Of a DNA stretch of 64,000 bases, positions 7,773 to 16,628 are shown piece by piece. Every line of letters begins with the position of its first letter. Position 1 is the stretch's first letter. Made by a program: the position numbers and the translations under genes. Under the pieces are notes generated by a model. That model saw only the letters and a program-made list of their open reading frames with translations. It did no database searches and was not told where the DNA came from. This DNA is from Verrucomicrobiia bacterium. Lineage in GTDB: Bacteria; Verrucomicrobiota; Verrucomicrobiia; Limisphaerales; UBA8199. The stretch spans positions 1,029 to 65,028 of the forward strand of contig DATDCV010000506.1 in the NCBI GenBank assembly GCA_036524155.1. The letters run 5' to 3'.

Positions 7773-10580
7773 CTACCAGCGGATCCGCAGGAACTGCCGC
7801 GTCACTCCCGGCTGGAGCGCCGTCTCGAACGTGTACGGCGAGGCGCTGGGAGCGTTCGTCGCGAGAGGAATCCACGCGTGCAGGTCATCGGACAGTTCCA
7901 GCACTTGCTGCAATTCCAAAGGCGATGCGACGGTGACGCGCAAGCGACCTGCCGCCGGAATTTCCGATTTGATGAAGCGGGGGCCAGGCCCCAGTTTCAC
8001 CACGGCCGTGGATTGAGGGGGGACGGTGACCTCCCATCCGTCGCCGACCCGCTCGAGCCGCCGTCCGGAAACCCGTTCGGTTGCGAGCCCGGAGGTCGCC
8101 GCCCGATCGTTCTCCACTCTGAGGAGGCCGGCGCGGGGCTGCGAAGCGTCGTTGAGCAGGGTGAAATACAGGATTGAGTTTGTTCCCGGCCCGAACCGTT
8201 CGAGCGGCACGCCTGCCGCATCGAACGTGGCTGCCGTCAGCGGCTGCCAACCCGCCTCCGCCACCTCCCGGATCAGCGGTATGTATTTCTTGAACAAAGG
8301 GCGATCTCGGTTGTACCAGGCCGGGTTCTGCCAATAGGGATTTTCCGCGGCGTTATGGCTGAACATGGACGGGAACATTCCGTACGCGAGGCTGCGCAGG
8401 AAATAGCGCTCGACGAGGTTGGTGGTCAGCAGGTCGTAATCAGTGTTCATGAGCAACAGGTAAGGTTTGCGTCCGGCCAGGCTGCGCCAGAGGCAGAGCT
8501 GGGAATCCGGCACTGGGGTGTAATTGCCGCTGGGTATCCAGTCGGTTTCCGTCCCGATCACGTCGAGCCAGGCGCAAAGGAAACCAAACCGGTAAGGGAG
8601 ACCGTTGGCAAACATCAGGCCCCCCAGCCGGTGCACGTCCTCGCTGATCCAGCGAGTGAACTCCTGCACCGCCAGGCCTTTGAAGAGCGCCAGCCGGTGC
8701 GTGTCCGTGGTGAAAGTCAGCGGCACCGTGGTGTAGGCGAAATGCCTCCGGTCGAAGTTGAGGTTGGCCGTGACATACCCCTCTATTGAATCCAGGTACT
8801 CTCCGTCGAGTTTTGTCGCCGCCCCGGCTGCGTAGCGGGCGCGTGCGGCATCATTCCAGTAAACCGTCGCCGCGTTTGGCGCCGCGGGCAGGCGCGGGTT
8901 CGGGTCCAGGCTCCACACCGCGCCGTTGGCCCACGGTTCATTGCGAAAGAGCAGCGCCGGTTGGCCGGTTTCATCGAGCATGGCGGCCTCGCGACTGATC
9001 AGCGCCATGTCGCGCAGAGGACCGGGCGAGCCGCCGGCGTATACATCGCGCACTCTCAGGGCTTCCTCCTCCGTGCGGGGCAACTCCGGGCTCATGGGCA
9101 TCCACCACGTCATTGGCTCTGTGTAACGGAAAGACAGCACACCGTGCTGGTCGTCCCACCCCACGTTGTTGTCGCCTTCGTGATAGCGAAACCCGAAATC
9201 CTCCCAGCCCCCCACCGTGCTGACATCGGTAAACGGCATCCAAATCCCCTGCCGGGGCGAGCGGACCTCGAAGCTGGCCAGGAATAGGGCCTGGAACTTG
9301 TCCAGCGCCGCCCGAAACCCCCAGCGAGGATCCACGCGGTATATCACGAAGGAAAATTTCGCGCTGCCGGGAAACTCCGCCGTGTCGGGTGCGAGCCCGA
9401 AATCATACGCAATGAAGAACTGCCGGGTCGCGGCGTGATAGACCAGCCGGTAAACCGCGGGACATCCCATGTCCAAGCCCAGCGCGAGACCGCTTTGCGC
9501 GTCGTGGATCGAAGCCAGCGGGTAGAGCGACATCGTGCCCGTAGCCCCACAGTCCACGCCGCTGGTCGCCGCGTACTCCGACGAGCCGCCAATGGTCCGG
9601 CTCCGGCGGATGTCATCGCCCCACGCCCATCCGGCCGCCTCAACAGGCAGGGCAAAAAACAACGTCACCGCGCGGTCGCCGCCACGTGTGTTAGTGATTC
9701 TTCCCTCCACCGCCAGGCAGTTGCTTCGGGTGCTTATCACCGCTTCCAGCGATAGCCCGAGCTCCTCACACAAACCGTTCGCAAACCCGTACACATCTGA
9801 CTGGGTCCCGACATCCCGAGCCAAGAAACCACCCGGCGTGTTAGTGGCCAGTTCGCGCCCGTCCAATTGCACGGAAAGCAGCCGCGACCCCGCGAAACCC
9901 AGCCGAAGACCGTCTTCCGTCTGCCGCACCGTGTCGATCGGGGGCGGCGGGTTGGTCTGGGGCGCCAGGGTCATGGAGACCCCCTGGAACAGGAACGCGC
10001 CATCGCCGGCCAGGATTTCCTCCAGCCAGACATCGTCAAACCAAACCCGGCCGCTGTGGTTCCTGAAAAGACAATACAAGGTCAGGCTTTTGACGGGTTT
10101 CTCGGGGTAGATCGTCACTTGCTTCAGCTGCCAATCGTGTGTGCCGGTGGCGAAGTTCGCCGTCTGGCCCCACAGGGGAGTGCCGTCCTGGTAAATGATA
10201 TCCACATACAGCGAGTAATCGGTGTCGGTGCCCCCCGAAACCGCTTCCGCCCGGCTCCAGCCGCGCAGAATCAGTGGCGCAGCCACCGTGCGGTTCAACG
10301 TCAATGCCTGGCTCGCTCCGCGCCAGCCCGTCGTGTCTGGCGCATCGCAGGCAAGCGCCGCCGAGCTCTGCCGGCCACCGTTGGTGGCTACCAGATAACC
10401 GTTCGGCGCGGCGGACCAGTAGGAGAAACCGGAGCCCGAGTACGCCTCGAAGGCGCCGTTTCTGAGGAGATTCGTCCCGGTGCCAGTGGACGCCACCCGC
10501 AGGAACGGACCCGTGGCCGACGCCGGCCGGGGATGCAGCCAGGACAGCAGGACAAGCGTTGCCAGCACGAGCGTTCTCAC
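7773..10580 (-). CDS. Large secreted protein with N-terminal CBM4/9-like (galactose-binding-like) domain and FYR-type C-terminal module
   Basis: GTG at 10578-10580 gives signal peptide (M)RTLVLATLVLLSWLHPRPASA and removes overlap with the divergent ABC gene. CBM-like NLLRNGAFE...HDWQLKQVTIY...RVWFDDVWLEE. Tail ...LSDDLHAWIPL...RQFLRIRW. Confidence 0.75.
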   Translation of the reverse strand: MRTLVLATLVLLSWLHPRPASATGPFLRVASTGTGTNLLRNGAFEAYSGSGFSYWSAAPNGYLVATNGGRQSSAALACDAPDTTGWRGASQALTLNRTVAAPLILRGWSRAEAVSGGTDTDYSLYVDIIYQDGTPLWGQTANFATGTHDWQLKQVTIYPEKPVKSLTLYCLFRNHSGRVWFDDVWLEEILAGDGAFLFQGVSMTLAPQTNPPPPIDTVRQTEDGLRLGFAGSRLLSVQLDGRELATNTPGGFLARDVGTQSDVYGFANGLCEELGLSLEAVISTRSNCLAVEGRITNTRGGDRAVTLFFALPVEAAGWAWGDDIRRSRTIGGSSEYAATSGVDCGATGTMSLYPLASIHDAQSGLALGLDMGCPAVYRLVYHAATRQFFIAYDFGLAPDTAEFPGSAKFSFVIYRVDPRWGFRAALDKFQALFLASFEVRSPRQGIWMPFTDVSTVGGWEDFGFRYHEGDNNVGWDDQHGVLSFRYTEPMTWWMPMSPELPRTEEEALRVRDVYAGGSPGPLRDMALISREAAMLDETGQPALLFRNEPWANGAVWSLDPNPRLPAAPNAATVYWNDAARARYAAGAATKLDGEYLDSIEGYVTANLNFDRRHFAYTTVPLTFTTDTHRLALFKGLAVQEFTRWISEDVHRLGGLMFANGLPYRFGFLCAWLDVIGTETDWIPSGNYTPVPDSQLCLWRSLAGRKPYLLLMNTDYDLLTTNLVERYFLRSLAYGMFPSMFSHNAAENPYWQNPAWYNRDRPLFKKYIPLIREVAEAGWQPLTAATFDAAGVPLERFGPGTNSILYFTLLNDASQPRAGLLRVENDRAATSGLATERVSGRRLERVGDGWEVTVPPQSTAVVKLGPGPRFIKSEIPAAGRLRVTVASPLELQQVLELSDDLHAWIPLATNAPSASPYTFETALQPGVTRQFLRIRW

Positions 10581-10728
10581 GCGGCACTCTTGTCCGAAAC
10601 TATCACGAAGACAAGCTCCATGGCGGCCGCGCGCTGTCCCGACGTGAAACCAAATTTGGAGCCGAGCGGGTTTCGGCGCCCGTTGTTCCTTGTAAATTCG
10701 CGCTTTTCTGCCTACCCAGTGCGGCGTC

Positions 10729-11652
10729 GTGGATATAACCCCCGCAATCCGGTGCCGTGCCCTGGTCAAAGACTATGGGAACGTGCGGGCCGTAAACGGG
10801 CTCGAACTTGAGGTCCGGGCGGGTGAGTGCTTCGGGCTGCTGGGGCCGAACGGGGCCGGCAAGACGACGACCGTGGAGATCCTCGAAGGGTTACTCGAGG
10901 CCACCGCGGGAACCGTCGAGGTCCTCGGGCGCACGTGGCAGACCGATGGGAACCGGCTGCGCCAGAGGATCGGCATTTCACTGCAGGAAACGAACCTCGC
11001 CGACAAGCTGACGGTCGAGGAGACGTTGCGCCTTTTCCGCTCCTTCTACGCGGCCGGGCCCGAGGTCGAACGGCTGCTGGATCTGGTTTCACTGACGGAC
11101 AAACGCCGGACCTGGTACACAAAATTATCGGGTGGCCAAAAGCAGCGCCTGGCAGTGGCGTGCGCGCTGGTCGGCGCGCCGGAGCTCCTGTTCCTGGACG
11201 AACCTACCACGGGGCTGGACCCGCAGTCGCGAAGGCAGCTCTGGGGTCTGATCGAGAGGTTTAAGTCGGAGGGACGGACGGTCTTGCTGACGACGCACTA
11301 CATGGACGAAGCGCAGCGGTTATGTGACCGCGTGGCGATCATTGACAAGGGCAAAGTCATCGCACTGGGCACTCCGTGGGAGCTCATTCAGTCATTGGGA
11401 GGCACTGAGGTGATCGAGTTTACGTGTGACGGGCCGGTGGACGAGGCGTGCGTGCGAACTCTGCCGGGGGTGCATGCGGTCAAAAGCCGCGGCGACAGCC
11501 TTTCGCTGACGGTCGAGCAGTTGCACAAAACGCTGCCGCTGGTGCTGGCCCAGCTCCAACAGGCGGGGCGTGCGTTGACGGCGCTGTCCACGCACCACGC
11601 GACCCTCGAGGATGTCTTCGTCAACCTCACCGGGCGGCATCTGCGGGATTGA
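10729..11652 (+). CDS. ABC transporter ATP-binding protein (ABC-2/DrrA-like exporter)
   Basis: Walker A GPNGAGKTT, signature LSGGQKQRL, Walker B LLFLDEPTTGLD, H-loop TTHYMDE. GTG start at 10729. Confidence 0.92.
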   Translation: MDITPAIRCRALVKDYGNVRAVNGLELEVRAGECFGLLGPNGAGKTTTVEILEGLLEATAGTVEVLGRTWQTDGNRLRQRIGISLQETNLADKLTVEETLRLFRSFYAAGPEVERLLDLVSLTDKRRTWYTKLSGGQKQRLAVACALVGAPELLFLDEPTTGLDPQSRRQLWGLIERFKSEGRTVLLTTHYMDEAQRLCDRVAIIDKGKVIALGTPWELIQSLGGTEVIEFTCDGPVDEACVRTLPGVHAVKSRGDSLSLTVEQLHKTLPLVLAQLQQAGRALTALSTHHATLEDVFVNLTGRHLRD

Positions 11653-11853
11653 TTAACAGCACATTGATTAATGAGCATCGAGCATTTTCCATCTTCCACT
11701 GCAAAAGGAAAACACGCTTACTCGGCCTCATCATGACACCCAACGAACCTCGTCGGTAGCGACTTCCAAAGCCCGAAAACCACAATGAACAATGACAAAT
11801 GCTCGATACTCAATGCTCAATGATAAGGTCTGAGCCTGCGCCTGGCATGTAAG

Positions 11854-12912
11854 ATGCAACCGGAAATAAAACGCACCACCGAGCGCCAGCACCCGTTAGG
11901 GCAATTGTCCTTGATGCGCTTCCGGATCTTCGTTCGGGAGCCGGCGGCCTTGTTTTGGACCTACGGCTTCCCGTTGCTGCTCGCGCTGGTGCTCGGAACC
12001 GCGTTCCGCAATCGGCCGCCCGAGCCGGTAGACGTGGCGGTGGTGGCAGCACCCGGAACCGAGGCCTGGCGCAAAGCGCTGGCCGGAACCCCATCGGTGC
12101 ACGTTCGTTGGCTCAGCGCGCAGGACGCTCGCGAAGCATTGCGCGCAGGCAAGGTTTCGCTGGTCGTTGAAGCGGGCCGGCCCCGAACGTATCAATTTGA
12201 CCCGGCCCGGCCCGAAAGCCGACTGGCGCGGGCTGTCGTGGATGATGCGCTGCAGCGCGCCGATGGGCGGGTCGATGCCACGCCGGTGAAGGACCGGCTG
12301 GTGACCGAGCCCGGGTCGCGCTACATCGATTTCCTGATCCCCGGACTGCTCGGGTTCAATCTCATGTCCGGCGGCCTCTGGGGCGTAGGCTTTGTGGTGG
12401 TCGATATGCGGGTGCGAAAGCTGATCAAGCGCATGATCGCCACCCCCATGTCGCGTTCAGATTTCTTGCTCTCGTTCGTGCTGGTTCGAGGCCTGTTCCT
12501 GATTATCGAACTGCCGTTGTTGCTCGTGTTTGCGCGCTGGGTATTCGGCGTCCCGATTCGCGGTTCGCTGCTGCTGATTCTCGCGCTCGGCATTTTGGGC
12601 TCCTTGGTTTTCGCCGGGATCGGGCTGCTGCTGGGTTCCCGCGCGCAAACGACCCAGACCGCGGCCGGCCTGGTAAACCTTGTCAGCCTGCCGATGATCG
12701 TGTGCTCCGGTGTGTTTTTTTCCGCCGCGCGCTTTCCCGACGTGTTCCAACCGGTGATCCGGGCTTTGCCTCTTACCGCGCTGATCGAAAGCCTGCGCAC
12801 GGTGATGCTCGACGGCGCGGGTCTCGTGGCCGTTGCGGGCCAGGTCCTCGTGATGCTCTTGTGGGGAGTGCTCTGTTTCCTCGTCGCTCTGCGGCTGTTC
12901 CGGTGGCAGTAG
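11854..12912 (+). CDS. ABC-2 type transporter permease
   Basis: Follows the ATPase gene. About 6 predicted TM segments in the C-terminal half (FLIPGLLGFNLMSGGLWGVGF..., LFLIIELPLLLVF, LLLILALGILGSLVFAGIGLLL...), which is typical ABC-2 topology. Confidence 0.85.
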   Translation: MQPEIKRTTERQHPLGQLSLMRFRIFVREPAALFWTYGFPLLLALVLGTAFRNRPPEPVDVAVVAAPGTEAWRKALAGTPSVHVRWLSAQDAREALRAGKVSLVVEAGRPRTYQFDPARPESRLARAVVDDALQRADGRVDATPVKDRLVTEPGSRYIDFLIPGLLGFNLMSGGLWGVGFVVVDMRVRKLIKRMIATPMSRSDFLLSFVLVRGLFLIIELPLLLVFARWVFGVPIRGSLLLILALGILGSLVFAGIGLLLGSRAQTTQTAAGLVNLVSLPMIVCSGVFFSAARFPDVFQPVIRALPLTALIESLRTVMLDGAGLVAVAGQVLVMLLWGVLCFLVALRLFRWQ

Positions 12913-13037
12913 GGGGCGGAGAGAGCAAGCAAGTCGCCCGCGCGCCCGATTTCACGCGGGCGGACCTGCATGCTCAGGTGGAAATGGAGAGGGATTGACT
13001 GGTATAACCGAACAACTGTATGGTTTAACCACACAGT

Positions 13038-13258
13038 ATGACAAACCTCGTGGACATTGTTTCTTCACGCGTCAAAGCTGAAATCCTGCGCGGAAGCTGA
13101 CAAGCCTGCTCTCCGGCGTCGGCCAGCGCGTCGGACGCGAGATCAATCCCCATCTGATGACACCGGAGGAATTTGTGAAACGCAAGGCGGAGCACGACCA
13201 CTTTGTGACCTCCGTGCTTGCCGGGCCCAAAATCCTCGTCGAAGGAAAAATGATATAA
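13038..13258 (+). pseudogene. Internally deleted relic of a wHTH/nucleotidyltransferase-type (antitoxin-like) gene
   Basis: ATG 13038 gives MTNLVDIVSSRVKAEILRGS-stop. A second frame (13082-13258) reads ...GREINPHLMTPEEFVKRKAEHDHFVTSVLAGPKILVEGKMI-stop, resembling the C-terminus of that family. The middle of the gene is missing. Confidence 0.45.
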
Positions 13259-13319
13259 TAACAGGCTCATTGGCTCGTCTCGGTGTCATCCGTGTGGGGT
13301 CGGTCCTGAGGACCGACAC

Positions 13320-13515
13320 GTGGCAGGAATCGGGTTGCTGCTGTGTTCCCGGGGGCAAACGACCGAGACCGCAGCCGGTCCGGTGAACCTGGTCAGCCTC
13401 CCTATGATAATGTGCTCCGGCGTGTTCTTTTCCGCCGCGCGCTTTCCCGACGTATTCCAACCGGTGATTCGGGCCTTGCCACTTACCGTGCTGATCGAGA
13501 GCATGCGGAAGTGGC
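13320..13515 (+). pseudogene. Fragmentary second copy of the ABC-2 permease 3' end
   Basis: 13331-13500 aligns to 12621-12790 with about 87% identity by hand (22 mismatches in 170 nt). Encodes AGIGLLLCSRGQTTETAAGPVNLVSLPMIMCSGVFFSAARFPDVFQPVIRALPLTVLIES with no upstream permease body. Confidence 0.75.
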
Positions 13516-13546
13516 AGCAGGTAGTAGTAGTCAGCAGTTCGGCGGG

Positions 13547-14221
13547 CTACCTGGAGGCCTTCTTTTCCAGGTCTTCCACCAGCTTCAGCATCTTTCGGAT
13601 ATTCGAGGAATAGTCACGCAGAATGAGCTGGCCGCGGCTGTCGATGGGCAGGACGGCGCCAGGCGCTTTGCTGAACGGGATGAGCACGGGAACGAGCTCG
13701 GAAGGCCGGAGCCTCTTCAATTGCACGGTCCTCATCATGAACGAGCCGGATTCGGGAAGCGACCGCCAGGGCAGAGAAATCTCGGGCGGCGATTCCTGGG
13801 AGGCTTGGGCAACGGGCACCCCTTTGACGGCGGTATCCCCGGCGAGGACCATCGCAATGCCGTTCTCTGCCAAAACGGTATCCAGTAGCTGCAAAGCCTC
13901 CACTCGGCTTAGGGGAGTCTGGTTGCGCAAGGAAATCGTCGGCGCCGGCAGCGTGGTGGGGCGAACCACCGTGCGTTGGGAGATCTCCTGGTAAACCGCC
14001 AGCACCTGCGTCAGTTCCACGTTCTGGAAATTAAGGTTCCCGACCGGGAATCCACTTTGTGCCGGGCGGCCGCTGGGCACATCGAAGCTCGAAAAGGTCC
14101 GTGGGTGAGACTTCTTTGGGTTGGTGTTTGAACCCGTGGCGCACCCCGCTATCGCCAGGCAGAGCAGCGCGGCGAGGGGAACAACCAGGGCACTCTCAGT
14201 TATGTCTGGCCTCATAGTCAT
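13547..14221 (-). CDS. Lipoprotein with secretin N-terminal (GspD N0/N1-like) domains only
   Basis: Lipobox LAIAGC. NFQNVELTQVLAVYQEISQRTVV and VQLKRLRPSELVPVLIPF...ILRDYSSNIRKMLKLVEDLE resemble secretin N-domains. No secretin C-domain follows. Confidence 0.6.
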   Translation of the reverse strand: MTMRPDITESALVVPLAALLCLAIAGCATGSNTNPKKSHPRTFSSFDVPSGRPAQSGFPVGNLNFQNVELTQVLAVYQEISQRTVVRPTTLPAPTISLRNQTPLSRVEALQLLDTVLAENGIAMVLAGDTAVKGVPVAQASQESPPEISLPWRSLPESGSFMMRTVQLKRLRPSELVPVLIPFSKAPGAVLPIDSRGQLILRDYSSNIRKMLKLVEDLEKKASR

Positions 14222-14386
14222 TTACCATTAAAGAGCCCCCGACGAGCAAAAGTCGCCAAAAAAGATGAGCAGCGACGCTTTTGAGAATGAAACAACGGTT
14301 CGGCCATCGGCCATCTACGCTTCGCCATCATGTTGTTGTTCCCCAACTCTCAACTCCAGGCGGCGCCGAAGTCAGACGAAGGCGCG

Positions 14387-14470
14387 AAATGCCTGCGCCG
14401 CGTGAGGGCACGCGACCTACAGTCCCTTGTAGGCCGCGTGCCCTCACGCGGCGCGACTTATGTCGGTGCG
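14387..14470 (-). repeat. R1 palindromic element, copy A (inverted relative to copy B)
   Basis: The reverse complement matches 27615-27695 almost exactly outside the loop. Long stem GCGCCGCGTGAGGGCACGCG / CGCGTGCCCTCACGCGGCGC. Confidence 0.85.
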
Positions 14471-14601
14471 TCCAGTTCACCCGCCTGGCGCTCAGCACAT
14501 CTGGACCCGGAAATGGACGTCGTATCAGTCAAACCGTGAGTATCGGGCCGCATGGTTGTCTGATCGGTTGGAAGCCGGTGGCATGCCGGTTCCAGGATTC
14601 T

Positions 14602-14886
14602 ATGCAACTGACCTGGGGAAGAATACTGAGCCTCGTGATTGCGGTGGTTTACGCCATTGTGGCTACAAGCGTTGGAGGCTTGAGCTACTGGGAATGGTCG
14701 CTGACACTGCTCTTGCCGCTGGCGTTCATTTGGTTTCCGCAGGAAATCGGTAGTCTTACCGGTTACTACAAAACGGGGTATGTGAATGTGCAAACCCCGG
14801 GAGCATTCGTGGCCTTCCTGGGCTGGTTCATCCTGGTCGGCTTGCCGATACTGGCTTTTGTGCTGACCAGGACTCACCGCCTGTGA
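14602..14886 (+). CDS. Small integral membrane protein (about 94 aa), hypothetical
   Basis: ATG 14602 (MQLTWGRILSLVIAVVYAIV...) gives three hydrophobic helices. The upstream part of ORF 14281-14886 runs through the R1 repeat and is unlikely to be coding. Confidence 0.5.
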   Translation: MQLTWGRILSLVIAVVYAIVATSVGGLSYWEWSLTLLLPLAFIWFPQEIGSLTGYYKTGYVNVQTPGAFVAFLGWFILVGLPILAFVLTRTHRL

Positions 14887-14997
14887 TCCGCTACTGGTAA
14901 GCGAAAATTACCGGCACGCGCTGAACGCGAATGCTCACCCGAACCCGTCTTTACGCGCGTAGAGCAATGCATCCGCTGCCTGCCTGCTAATATCGGT

Positions 14998-16299
14998 TCA
15001 GTTTTGATCGGGTCCGGAGGCATGAACCGGCGCAATGGTCTTTACCCAGGGCCAGCCGAACCGGCCGGCATGGACCTCGGCCACGCCCTCTCTCATTCGG
15101 AATTGGCGCATGTGGGCTGGGGTGGAAAGGAGCTTCCGGGTCTTGGTTTCGCCCTGCAAACGGTATTCGATTTGGTATTCGCGAAAGAGAAAGCTGTGGG
15201 TGGTGCTCCAGAATTCCACAATTTGCACGGGGCGGAACTCCGGCTTCGATGTGTCCAGCAAAGCGTTGGCGGTGTAACACCAGCAAAGGACCGTTAAGCC
15301 ACCCAGCAGGAGCGCCCCTGACCCGATGACCAGCGTCAGCAGTAGACCATGCGCCCCAAACAGGCCGTGTTTACGCGCCTCGAGTTCGACCGCTTCGCCC
15401 GCAGCCATGGCTCTTTCGTTTCTGGCGGCCAACTCGCGCCGTGCGCGGGCCTGGCGCAGGCCCAGCCAGGTCAGCAGACCGCCACCCAATACCACACCGC
15501 CTACCCCCACCGGCGCCGCCGCCTGGGTGAACGTCATTTCCAGCGGTTCGTACTTCGAGAAGGCGTAAACGTTCCAGAGTAGAATGAAGAAAAATCCAAA
15601 CACCGCGCTCACGCCCAACGCGGTTTTGAGCAGGCTTGGCGGGCGGGCGGCCTCGGTGCGCAAGAGGCCGAGGTCGGGCCTTAGCTCGAAAAATCCGTAC
15701 AGCCGCAGCGTTTTGGCAGGATTGGACTTGAGATACACGGCGGTGACATAGTCACCAACCCGGTACGAGGTCCGGTACTTGTCTTTCGCCGAGGCCGAGA
15801 AACTGCGGGAATCAACTGGTTTTGCCACCAGTGCCCCTGTCGCCGGATCCCGGTACTCGAGCACGGCCGAAAATGCGTAGGTCGAGACCTGCCCATTGAC
15901 CACGGCCGTCGGCCGCAGCACCAGGTCGCGAATGCGCGCCACAACCGGGATCCCTTCCTCCACATATTGCAGCGGCCCGCGGCGGGTCTTGCTGGAGAGC
16001 CAGGCGCCCGCACCAAGCACCAGCAGACCGCAGCCGATCCAGCTCAGGTACGCCAACGGCAGAACGTACAATCCCCATTCCCTGAGGATCGGCAACTGTC
16101 CAAAAGCGACGCACAAAAGGCCGCCCACGATGAGTCCCACGCTCGTCTTGCGCTGGCGGGCGAAATATGGCGAGTTGCGAAATTCCGGGGGCACGTGCCG
16201 CGGCGGTGTCTCCTGTAATTCCGGTTCGAAACGATAGCTGGAGGGCGGAGCGAACTCGTCAAGCGGCGCAGTCTCTGGATTACCCGGCAGTACTGCCAT
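14998..16299 (-). CDS. Multi-pass membrane protein with two DUF3592-like beta domains, hypothetical
   Basis: Several TM helices alternate with soluble segments (ARIRDLVLRPTAVVNGQVSTYAFSAVLEYRDP..., FRPVQIVEFWSTTHSFLFREYQIEYRLQGE...). Confidence 0.6.
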   Translation of the reverse strand: MAVLPGNPETAPLDEFAPPSSYRFEPELQETPPRHVPPEFRNSPYFARQRKTSVGLIVGGLLCVAFGQLPILREWGLYVLPLAYLSWIGCGLLVLGAGAWLSSKTRRGPLQYVEEGIPVVARIRDLVLRPTAVVNGQVSTYAFSAVLEYRDPATGALVAKPVDSRSFSASAKDKYRTSYRVGDYVTAVYLKSNPAKTLRLYGFFELRPDLGLLRTEAARPPSLLKTALGVSAVFGFFFILLWNVYAFSKYEPLEMTFTQAAAPVGVGGVVLGGGLLTWLGLRQARARRELAARNERAMAAGEAVELEARKHGLFGAHGLLLTLVIGSGALLLGGLTVLCWCYTANALLDTSKPEFRPVQIVEFWSTTHSFLFREYQIEYRLQGETKTRKLLSTPAHMRQFRMREGVAEVHAGRFGWPWVKTIAPVHASGPDQN

Positions 16300-16399
16300 G
16301 GCTCATACACTGACCAATGAGGGGTAAGCTGACAAGGTAAGGTTTTGTTACTCGCCCTCGGCTGCCTGACGATGGGATCAGGTCTTTTGGTCCAGGTCC

Positions 16400-16525
16400 C
16401 TATTGCTCCATCCGGAAGCGAATCGCGGCGATCGGGTCAGGTTTATCGATGGGGAATTTGTTCTCCTCGTAATCATGAACCAGGAGCGAGAGGAGTTCTA
16501 ATTCGTTAGCGTTCCGTGGGCGCAT
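16400..16525 (-). pseudogene. Possible N-terminal fragment of a HigA-type antitoxin
   Basis: 41-codon ORF MRPRNANELELLSLLVHDYEENKFPIDKPDPIAAIRFRMEQ-stop. The pattern LL..L...YEE...PI..PDPI.AI.F.MEQ matches the region preceding the HTH in HigA-like antitoxins, but the HTH is absent. Confidence 0.3.
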
Positions 16526-16628
16526 AAGGGGTGCTCAGAGATTTTGCTTTACCAGACCCTTCAGGTTCATAAACTGCCCCTCATGTGTTCTCCGCGTACC
16601 GCTCAGCAAAACCCAATCCAACGACACT

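Noticed and set aside
10581-10769. The 63-codon N-terminal extension of the 998-aa ORF, overlapping the divergent ABC ATPase start
   Set aside because: The extension is basic junk with no signal peptide. A GTG at 10578-10580 gives a canonical signal peptide and removes the overlap.
14281-14601. The upstream two-thirds of ORF 14281-14886
   Set aside because: It reads straight through the R1 palindromic repeat and is Arg/Pro-rich. Only the last ~94 codons form a plausible membrane protein.
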